Notes under the pieces: model-generated | What the model was told of the DNA's origin: nothing | What the model saw: only the letters and a program-made list of their open reading frames with translations | Databases searched by the model: none | Translations under genes and position numbers: made by a program | In this document: piece after piece, positions 54,687-64,000 of the stretch | How the letters are laid out: every line of letters begins with the position of its first letter | How positions within the stretch are numbered: the stretch's first letter is position 1 | NCBI RefSeq assembly: GCF_001194135.2 | Contig: NC_068981.1 | Location: 127,367,507-127,431,506, forward strand | Direction: 5' to 3' | Length of the DNA stretch: 64,000 bases | DNA from: Octopus bimaculoides | Taxonomy: Eukaryota

Positions 54687-56349
54687 GTCAGTATGTCTGT
54701 CTAACGATAATGTAATAAAACTATAGTTTTTAGTTACTACAATATTTGGTAACAGTACTTGCAAATCACAGATTCTAGGCTTTTTGTTTTCCAGTGCAGA
54801 TTCTGCCTAGATCACTTTACTTTAAGGTTCATAAGGATTATTAAAATAGATGCCCAGCTGACTACAAAAAGCAGCACATGGAGCTAAATTCTTAAATAAG
54901 TTATCCATAAGTCTACTACTTTGTTACAGTTTTTGTATCATTTAGCAAATGAGAGTTAAACTCCCTCACCTCAGATAGGATGTTGACTTGGTGTGGTGAG
55001 CTTAATAAATCACTTACTTGTCAAATCAACATGCTTGATGCATTAAGGTGTTCTTACCTTGCAGTGCCTATGTACAGCAAGTAGGATTGAATCAAATCAG
55101 TTCGGTAACTTGACCACAGACTTGACACCATTGTGAAAATTTAATACAAACTACTTACCTCTTCCTGAACTTCCTACTAATCTATTATTACTCTCCATGC
55201 TAAAGGAATAAGAGGTTTAATAGAATAATGAATTGCTTCATAATTTTGGGATGGAACTGTTTTGATAACAAACTTGAGATAAATTAGCTTTCTAATCCGT
55301 AGAGTTGCATTTTACTTGCTGCTTGATGTGGTGCAACCCAGAAAAGCTTCAGTTCAGTATGCTAAGAAGCTTGCTTCCATAGAATAATGTTCTCTACATT
55401 TTGTGGGATGAATCAGATTTTAGTCAAGAGCTGTAAGAAATTGCGACAATATTTTCAAGTGAATGCTAGGGATATAAATAAAAGGAATTACATCGACCAA
55501 GAGTTTAGTATATATTCTATGGCATGCATATGTGAAACTATGAGAATGTGGAGGGATATGTAGGGAAGTTTAAAAAGTATCATATTTGTATAATATATTC
55601 TAGTACCTTGAGGGTATGCCCCAACACTCATCTCCAGCATCCTTTCTTCCTTTTGTGTTGGGATAATCATATATTTCCTCTACACCAAGGCAGTTGTTCC
55701 TTTCCCTCTATTGTACTTTAGTCTCTCAACACCCAGCACAAAGTCACTTTCCTCAATACTGCACCTCAACTTTGTCAAGCAGTTTTGTCTTGCCAGTTAC
55801 TTTGTTACTTCAGTAGTGCTGGTTCCACAAAAAAAAGCACCCATTGCACTTTGTAAAGTGGTTGGTGTTAGGAAGGACATCCAGCTGTAGAAAGCATGCG
55901 AAAGCAAACATTAGGGCTCGGTGCAGTCTTCTGAATCATTAGATCCTGTTGATCAAAGCCTCGTGAGTGGCTTTGCAGGACAGAAACTGGAAGAAGCCTG
56001 TCATAATATATGTGTGTTTGTATGTTTTGTGTGTCCTTGTCATGATACAAAGTGGTGGTTGTAAATGAATGCCATTGACCTACAAAACTGTTATTCTTTT
56101 CCAGTATTTTGCAAAAACCTGTCTGGCCATAGAACAAAACAGGTAAAGGTTGGCAACAGGATGGGCCATAGAAAATCTGCCTCCAATATATTTGTCTGAC
56201 CCATGCAAGCATGGACAAGTGGATGTTAAAACAATGATGATAATAAATGTGCTCTAATTTTATTATTTTATATTTTTCGTATATATATTTTTTTATTATT
56301 AATTTTTGAAAAGGGAGAAGATTCTTGAGTGGGGAAGGGCTAGCTGTCA

Positions 56350-57620
56350 TGATTAGTGTAGTGTTTGGTGGGGTTCAACACATCATGGGTGATAAGAGAG
56401 AGACAAGTGGGTTGAGAGTGCCTGAATGCAGTAGCATTAGACCAGCTTCTTCAAGGAACAGAGGCCATTATAGTAACAGTATAAAAACCAGAGAGAGAAG
56501 ATAGCACACTTTGGGGTTTGAGGTTGGGGCATATCTGTCAGTGATTTTATACCAGTCAGTTGAGTGGCCTTTCTCTGGATGTGATCTTGAATGTCTCTGT
56601 ATGCAGCAACTACACCATTTCAGATGTGGGAGCAATACTCCATGTGGGCCCTATTTGAACTTTGTAAAGTGTCAGTAATTTCTTAGGTAGATGGGTTACT
56701 GGAATTTTTTTTTTAATATTAAACAGAAATGCCAGTTTTTGGAACATGATCTAACTGTGACATTCTGTCACTAGGTGAGATATTTACTGAAAGTAAGGTT
56801 TAACATTCCAAGAGACTTTGCTGGCTCCTGCTCAGTGTTACTCATGTGCAAGTTTTTTTTAATTTTTACTTTTTATATGAGTAGTGCTTGTATTCTTTTG
56901 CTGTTGAAAGAGACAAGATTCGCAATAGCTTCACTAAAGGACACTTTCAAGTTCTCCATTCATGGAATCAATGCAAGTTTGGCATGTGGTATCTAGGCTG
57001 CTTGTGGATAACACATGGCTGGGAAAGGTTTAGAAAGAATAATTGGTGATATCATCTGCTTAAGAATGAGCATTGTTGGACATGGCAGCAAGTAGGTTAT
57101 TGATATAAAGAAGGAAGAGAATGGAGAACAAAGGCAAAAGATTGGTGAGCATAGGGCCAAGCTCTGGTACACAATGTTTCAGTGAAATGGAAGGGATATT
57201 GTTAGGACTAGTAATTTTGTTACTTAGAAACAACCAGAAGTATTTTAGCATTTAGTATGTGTGTAAAGACCCTGGTTAGATGGAAGGGATAGATTTAGAA
57301 ACGATTTGCCAAGTGTATAGTATAGAGTTAAATGCAGCAAAGTAAGCAGTGAAGGTAGAGGCTTTCCTTACAGCATTATTGTTTACAGAATGATTTATTT
57401 ATTTATGTGTTTCAGCCAAGTGGCTGCGGTCATGCTGGTGCACCACCATTGTTGAGAAATGGAGAAAGATTCTTTTGTGAGGAACCATGCCATAGAATAT
57501 ATGCTAAATTTTTGGTCGATGTAATTCCTTTTATTCTTTTGTGAGGAACCATAGCTTGAGGCATCTTTTGCAGTTTGGATAATGGTCTTGCAAATGTTGC
57601 ATTGCCAGATGAATGCCATC
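56350..57620 (-). mobile_element. L2/Crack-like LINE remnant, internally deleted
   Basis: SPNNIPSISLKHCVPEL joined to LFLLYINNL; downstream C-terminal remnants. Confidence 0.55.
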
Positions 57621-58030
57621 CAATTTTGGAGTTAGGCTCTTTTTTTTTTTTTTTGCCTGAACAGCTATTCTGCAGCTATGAAGGAACAAATTGGGGTACT
57701 TCAGTACTTCAGGCACTGAATTCTTGTTGTATGTGGGACATGCCTAAAAACAATAGTTTCACTTACCAGTCTAGCTTGCTTTTGATGGCTCAGAAGTGAA
57801 GCACATGTGTTGCTAGGAATATTTGGCATAAAACTGAGGGTTTTGGCCAGTCATCTGGTTTGTAATGCCATAGGATTCTGTCTAGTATGTGACTGCATGT
57901 TGGGTAGTTGCAATGTGCCACTGGTAATAGGTGAGAAAGAGATCAAGAGTATCTATGTCAGCCTGGGATAATTCCTGTATAAAATATCTTTCTGTTTTTG
58001 TTTTTACTCATCAAATTTTTCTTTTTGTAG

Positions 58031-58107
58031 ATGCTTGATGAAAACATACAGTTGATACAGGCTATTCTTGATTACCAAAACAAGGGTCGAGCTTCAGAAT
58101 GTGCACA
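58031..58107 (+). CDS. SS18: SS18-like coding exon 2 (77 nt)
   Basis: tttttgtAG acceptor; MLDENIQLIQAILDYQNKGRASECA(Q), SSXT/SNH domain; GTAAGC donor, phase 2. Confidence 0.96.
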
Positions 58108-58846
58108 GTAAGCTTTTTTTCTTGCATTTTTAACTGCATAAGTTTAAAATGAAATCATCATTTAGCCCCTCTGCTTTCCATGCTAGTAATCCAGAGAGCT
58201 GCACCAGGCCCCAGTCTGCTTTGGCTTGGCTTCTACAGCTGGATGCTTTTTTTTTTTTTTTTTTAAGCCTACTGCTCACGAGTCTGAATTAGTTCTAAGT
58301 TTCTTTTGGTCTCTTCTGTTATGGATACATTCCATTATTAACACAAAACCCAGTTTAGAAAAGATCAAGCTATGTTATTTATTCTTTTAAGCTTAATATC
58401 TTATGTTGATGATATCTATTTGGCACCAGCGATATTAAGCTGATTCTTAGAACTAGGTGAAGAGTTAAGATTTGTTGTGGTGTTATGATACACCCAGGAC
58501 TCAGCTCAGCAATAAAACAAGCTACCCTCTGACTACATTGTACCATATTTCAAAAAAGGAAGTGGCACTAGTTTTTTTGCTTCTTGCTACTGGTTATATA
58601 TTTTCAATAACATGCATTGCTGAAAGATACATACACTTATACAACAGGTTTCCACACTGTTTCTGTCTACTAAATTCTATTCTCAGATTAGCCTACAGTA
58701 GGTGCTTGCCCAAGGTGCTGCACAGTGGAATCGAACCTAGAGCTACATGGTTGTGAAATAATCTTCATCAGACAGCTATGCCTACATCCTTCAATGTGAC
58801 TACCTTTGATCAAAGAGATGATAGTCAGAGGGAGCTAAATCTGGCA

Positions 58847-59618
58847 AGTATGAAGGATGCGGTAAAGTTGTCCACCCGAATGAGGCGATTGTCTCCCTTG
58901 TCCTGATGCTTTTGTGTGGTCGAACGTTGTCATGCAGAAGGGGGGAAATTGTCGATTGGCAAGTTGGGTCTTACTCATTGGATTCTTGCTCTGAGCCTTG
59001 TCAGGGTCTCAATGTAAGCCTCGGAGTTTATTGTTTTTCCTTTTGACAAGAAATCGACCAGAATGACACCTTGAGCATCCCAAAAAACAGTTGCCATGAT
59101 TTTTCCAGCTGACTTTTGCATCTTGAACTTTTTCAGTGGTTGTGACGTAGAGTGGCACCATTCCATTGACTGCCTCTTTGATTCCGGTTCATAATGATGA
59201 ACCCATGTTTCATCAACCTGTTATGAGCCTTCGAAAGAAGGTGTTGTCTCTTTGACTTTGTTCAAGAAGTTCAATGCAGGCACACACTTTTGAAAAGCCA
59301 AGTGATTCAACAATGTTGTAAGCATTCCCATGGCTCACTTCAAGGATTTCTGTCAACTCATCAAGAGTTATGCTGATCGAGTCTTCTCTGATCAGAGCAT
59401 CTGCTTTTGCTTTATTGGCAGGATTCACAGAAGCGGATGGACAGCCAGAACAGGGTTTATCGGCTACACTCACAGTTCCCACCTTTTCATCTTTCAGACG
59501 ATGGATCCACCTGCATACATTGCTATGATTTAATCATTTATAACTGGGAAAATTTTCAGTTATTTTTATCAAAAGCTTCACATGAAATAAAACTGGCATT
59601 ACATTTTGTCTCACCCTC
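58847..59618 (-). mobile_element. Mariner element, 3'-truncated
   Basis: 5' TIR GAGGGTGAGACAAAATGTAATGCC; KSAGKIMATVFWDAQGVILVDFL, LLHDNVRPH; breaks at LPHPSY. Confidence 0.85.
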
Positions 59619-60248
59619 AAAGCCCCTAAATTAACCAAAGCTTTGTGAGTGGATTTAGTATATGAAAACTGAAACAAGCCCATCATTGTGTGTGTGTATG
59701 TTAATCCCTCTTTGCTTTGATGTTTACATCTTACAAGCAGTGTCCTTTAGTTCCAATTTTCTATGAAAACATGTCTGGTCATGGGAAGCAAGCAATGGCT
59801 GGCAACAGGAAAGGCATCAGGTTGTAGAAAATCAACCTCAACAAATTCTGTCCAACCTGGACAGAATGGAAAGCAAGCATGGAAAAATGGACATTATATG
59901 ATAATCATGATGGTGAAGATTTCTTTGCAGTTTCCTAATTAGAAAAATGAGCCCTCTCTAACTTGAATCTTGCTTATTGTTTTGTAAATGAGGTGTGTGT
60001 GCGCGTGTAGAAAACACATCATTAGCAAATATATAAATTACATAATTTTTTGTTATTTTCACTTGAAATACAATTTAGATTGCAACTAATAAATTCTGGT
60101 TTGGTTTTAAAAATGTTAATTTTAGAAATGTACCATTTTTACCATGATTCTATAGTTGCTTGACAATTTTACTCCTTTCTGTTATTATTTACTCAGTTAA
60201 ATGATGGAGTGTATTTTAGTATTGCAAACCTTCTGGAAGATGATTTAG

Positions 60249-60460
60249 CCCTTTAGCACCTTTACTGCCATATCCAGCACAAATCTTATACCTGTTCTGT
60301 GTTCAAGCCAGCCAGATCCAACCTCTCACACCTATCCTACAATGTTATCCTAAAAATAATAATTACATTATTCTGAAGCTACGAGATAATACATGTTTAA
60401 TTTGTAAAATTTTGTGAATGCATTAGCATTACATTCGACAATAATCTGAATGCTAAAGGG
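60249..60460. mobile_element. piggyBac-type MITE, short copy
   Basis: CCCTTTAGCA ... TGCTAAAGGG; TTAA on the right, TTAG on the left. Confidence 0.75.
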
Positions 60461-60619
60461 TTAAATCACACATTGACTTAAATGATAAACAAAACAAAAC
60501 ACTTATTTTTGGTGGTAAAACTGTTGACATGATGCTGTTGAACAGCTGGTATGTTTCTTTGATTAAGAAAGGCTTTAGTAATATTTGATGCCGACTTACT
60601 TTGCAACTGTTTATTTTAG

Positions 60620-60701
60620 ATACCAAGTGATGCTGCACCGGAACCTTGTATATTTGGCAACTGTTGCTGATTCCAATGTAAATGTCCAGGCAGTACTACC
60701 T
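60620..60701 (+). CDS. SS18: SS18-like coding exon 3 (82 nt)
   Basis: ttattttAG acceptor; (Q)YQVMLHRNLVYLATVADSNVNVQAVLP; GTAAGT donor. Confidence 0.97.
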
Positions 60702-61289
60702 GTAAGTCTAGGCTTTGTCTTTATCCTATTCTGTTCATTATCAAACACACACGCACATTTGTGCAGGTGTGGCTGTGTGGTTAAAAAGTTTGCATTCCAA
60801 CCATTTTGCTTCAGGTTCAGTTCCACTGCATGGCACCTTGGACATTGGGCACATGTCTTTTGCTACCTAAGCCCTAAGTCAGTTAAAGACTTGTGAGTGG
60901 ATTTGGGTCTTAGAAATTGAAAGAAACCCATTGTGTGTTTGTGTCTCATTGTCTTGACATTGCATGATTGTTATAAATGAATATTATTAATTTTCAGTAT
61001 CCTGCAGAAACATGTCTGGCCATAGAGAAACGGGTGAGGGTTGGTGATAGGAAAGTGCTGTAAATGAAACTCTCAACCTTTGAGTCACTTTGTAACTTCT
61101 AATAATATATATGTGTATATCACAAGACTATCAGATATTGTTATACACTGCTGGTCACAATGCACTTTGCCTTGTTTTAGCTTTTGAATATGCCACCCTG
61201 CTGGCTAGTCAGGCCTATATATATATATATATATGGTGGTTGTCTACTCCTTATGCAGAGATTGACCACCTCCTGTACCTACACTTTAG

Positions 61290-62560
61290 AACCATCATGG
61301 CATCTGATTTGGACCACCAAGAGTTGCAGATAAGTTCTGATCTTTGTGGATCTTAAAATGTCTTTTGAGGCCTCCATTAGATTTGCAAACCTTCTGGCAT
61401 ACACTGCATTCAAAGGTGTGCACAGACATATAGGCAGAATAGTTGGAGGAGGTTCGTTTTCCATGGCTTCACAAATGAAAGGGATGGTCTATCACAAACT
61501 CTGCACACAAAAAGGTCATTGCAATTCACCTTCTCAATTGTAACATTCTTCCTTAAATCTCTTTTGAGTCTTCCATGCGTTATCCTGGCCTCTTCTAACA
61601 CTTTCACTCCACTCCTCACTTTTGTTCACCATCCAGCTCGATCTGAAGCAAAGGTTTCTATGTCCTCTGGATCCATTCCAAGTGACTTCATAGTAGTCCT
61701 TATGCCTTAAACCTTTTTTTTAGGTTTACGCCAATAGCATTTCCCCTCTGCAAGCTGTTTGGGCATGCGTTCATCTGCCATTCGAACAATATGGCCACAC
61801 CATCTCATTTGGTTTTTCAAAATCATAGCTTTAATTGAGGTGATACCTGCAGATGCAAGGACATCTGTGTTTGGAGTGAAAGAACTTCATTTAATTTTTA
61901 AAATGCAATGAAGGCATTTTTCGTGAAATTGTTCTAACAGTTTAAAATGCCTTTCATAACAAGTCCATGTTTCACAAGAATACAACAGGGATGATAAGAC
62001 AAATTATTTGTAAAGAGCCAGCTTTGTATTGTTATTTATATGTCACTGGCACCAAACGTGTGACTCCAAGCAACCAAATGCTTTTGCTGCCCTTTGAATT
62101 TGCAAATTTGCAGATGCATTTCTGTATCAAGATTTCCATCCTTTTGTACAGAGCTTCCAAGGTAGATGAATGAATCGACAACCTCAAGTAACTTACCCTT
62201 AACAAAAACTTTAGTGGGCTACAAACAGCAGGTTGATGCATTACAACTGTTTTTTTTTTCAAGCCCTGATCATGTTTGCAAATTTTTCTGGGCAACCTAT
62301 TTTCCTTAGAATTAGCCATAGAGCATTTCGATTAACAGTATCGAATGCTTTGCTCAAATCAACAAAGCAATGGTACAGGTTTGTCTGGTCTTAGAATTTT
62401 GTTCAATTTGTTTCAGTAATAGATAACTTTAAATTGATAAAGTTCCAGTTTTTTTCTTTAAAGGAACATATATCGTCAGCTCGCATGGTCCCCCTAGAAG
62501 ATGTAATGGGCATAACTGTTTTATCACTTAACTTTTATGGCAATGTAAAGCAGTAAAACA
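61290..62560 (-). mobile_element. RTE LINE 3' fragment
   Basis: Remnants RADDICS, RWCGHIVRM, and C-terminal FVCRVCDRPSLS. Confidence 0.75.
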
Positions 62561-62653
62561 AAGCAAACAGCGAGAACTTGTTTATGTTGTTTAATTTTGT
62601 TCATTAATGAATGCATTGAGTCTGTGATAATGACTAAACTTTTATATATTTAG

Positions 62654-62795
62654 GCTCCTGGTCAGGTGAATCCCAACCAAGGTATGCCTGGAGGGCAAAA
62701 CCCTGGTGGACCTCCTCCTAATAACTCAGCTCCCATGAATCAGATGCCAAGGCCAGGAAATATGCCTCCAAACCAAATGAATGCTCCGCCACCAG
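62654..62795 (+). CDS. SS18: SS18-like coding exon 4 (142 nt), start of the Q/P/G/N-rich region; gene continues beyond the window
   Basis: tttAG acceptor; APGQVNPNQGMPGGQNPGGPPPNNSAPMNQMPRPGNMPPNQMNAPPP(G); GTCAGT donor. Confidence 0.92.
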
Positions 62796-62959
62796 GTCAG
62801 TTTTTGTTTTTTGCTTTAAGTAATGTTGCTCAGTTATTGTGAGGCGATGGTGTGTCATAAATAACTCAGCTCAAGCAATGTTACAGCCATTGTGCTTTTA
62901 TTTCAAGATAAAACTGTTTTCCTTAATCTACCTGCCCCTCTTCTTCCCCCACCCCGAAA

Positions 62960-63250
62960 AAGTACAAGACCCATTTCCAACAATTATTTGTTAATAACCT
63001 ATATCGAAAAATCTAACTTGGCCCCAAGTAGGCAAACAGTTGTATAACTATTGAGAATTGTAATTTTTGTTGTTGTTGCTGTTGCTGCTGCTGCTGTTTT
63101 ATTACTATTATTTTTTTTTTTTCAAAGCGGACGGACGTGTCTCCAGAAGCTGTGAGTTTTTGGCCAATTTTTATTGGAAATTTTGTTTAACACTTTTATA
63201 TTTTTGAATATTTGTGTAGCGAAGCTGATTGGGCTCTTGTTGAGCTAGTC
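62960..63250 (-). mobile_element. Probable non-autonomous Helitron-type fragment
   Basis: Minus strand begins ACTAGCTCAACAAGAGCCCAATCAGCTTCGC, similar in style to the start at 19721. Confidence 0.3.
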
Positions 63251-63465
63251 AGTTAGGTGGAGTTTTCCCCTTTTAGGGGCGAAATTTTCATTTTAAAATT
63301 TGAAATTTTGTATTGAAACTTAGATATTTTGCCAGAATGTCTTTGAAGAGAACAGTTAGCTGTTCCCTTCTTTGTCCACCACACCCCCTGCAAACAGACG
63401 ACAAGTCAAGTCATATGTCAAATGTAAACACGCTCTGCACAATTGGCGCCTTAAAAAGCAGAAAA

Positions 63466-63800
63466 TCATCATCATGATCATCGTTTAACGTTCGTTTTCC
63501 ATGCTGGCATGGGTTGGACGGTTTGACTGGGGTCTAGGAAGCCATGAATCTGCACCAGACCCCAATCTGATCTGACAGTGTTTCTACAGCTGGATGCCCT
63601 TCCTAACGCCAATCATTCTGAGAGTGTAGTGGGTGTTTTTATATGCCACCGGCACAAGGGGCCAGAGGAGCTGGCATCGACCACGATCAGATGGTGCTTT
63701 TTACTTGCCACTGGCGTGGAAGCCAGCCAAGGCGGCACTGGCATCAGCCACATTTGGGTGGTGCTTTTTATGTGCTACTGGCACGGGGCTCACAACTACA
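63466..63800 (-). mobile_element. RTE-tail repeat with an internal tandem array
   Basis: Reverse-orientation copy with three GGTGCTTTTTA(C/T)GTGCCACCGGCAC-like motifs. Confidence 0.85.
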
Positions 63801-64000
63801 ATTTCCATTTGATTTGGTTTTGATATTGCTGATGTTGATGTAAAGAGAAACAGCGTTCCACCTCATGCAGCACTCCTGATGAAAATGAAGGCTGTTCTTT
63901 CAAATCTGCATTCCCTGCTCTCACCATCACTATTGGTCCTACACCGGAGAAGGAGGAAGAGAGAAATAGCATGACTACCAAAGAAACCAAGACCAACAAC

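Noticed and set aside
63632-63790. Repeat-spacer-like array
   Set aside because: The apparent spacers are homologous to each other and the array lies inside a dispersed retro-repeat; it is a tandem unit, not CRISPR.

Overview
Eukaryotic, AT-rich, repeat-dense genomic DNA. The SINE/LINE families and microsatellite load suggest an octopus (coleoid cephalopod); this is inferred from remembered repeat families, not a search. Two host genes lie head-to-head. PSMA7 (proteasome alpha-4 subunit) is complete on the minus strand: 6 coding exons, 40599 to 16976, 249 aa, all GT-AG with consistent phases. SS18/SS18L1-like (SNH domain, BAF subunit) is on the plus strand with exons 1-4 at 43072-62795 and continues past the window. 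The two ATGs are about 2.5 kb apart, and a full extended antioxidant response element lies about 300 bp upstream of PSMA7. The rest is mostly decayed mobile DNA: Tc1, mariner, maT, hAT, piggyBac- and pogo-type MITEs, RTE, CR1/L2, Penelope-like elements (one with a hammerhead ribozyme remnant), a Dong/R4-like tail in a (TAA)n tract, tRNA-SINEs and Helitron-type elements. There is a 603-nt N gap. No rRNA, tRNA gene or CRISPR array is supported. Exon, TIR and motif coordinates were read base by base; ends of decayed transposons are approximate. I found no clearly new biological system. The best leads are regulatory or RNA-structural and are listed as hypotheses.
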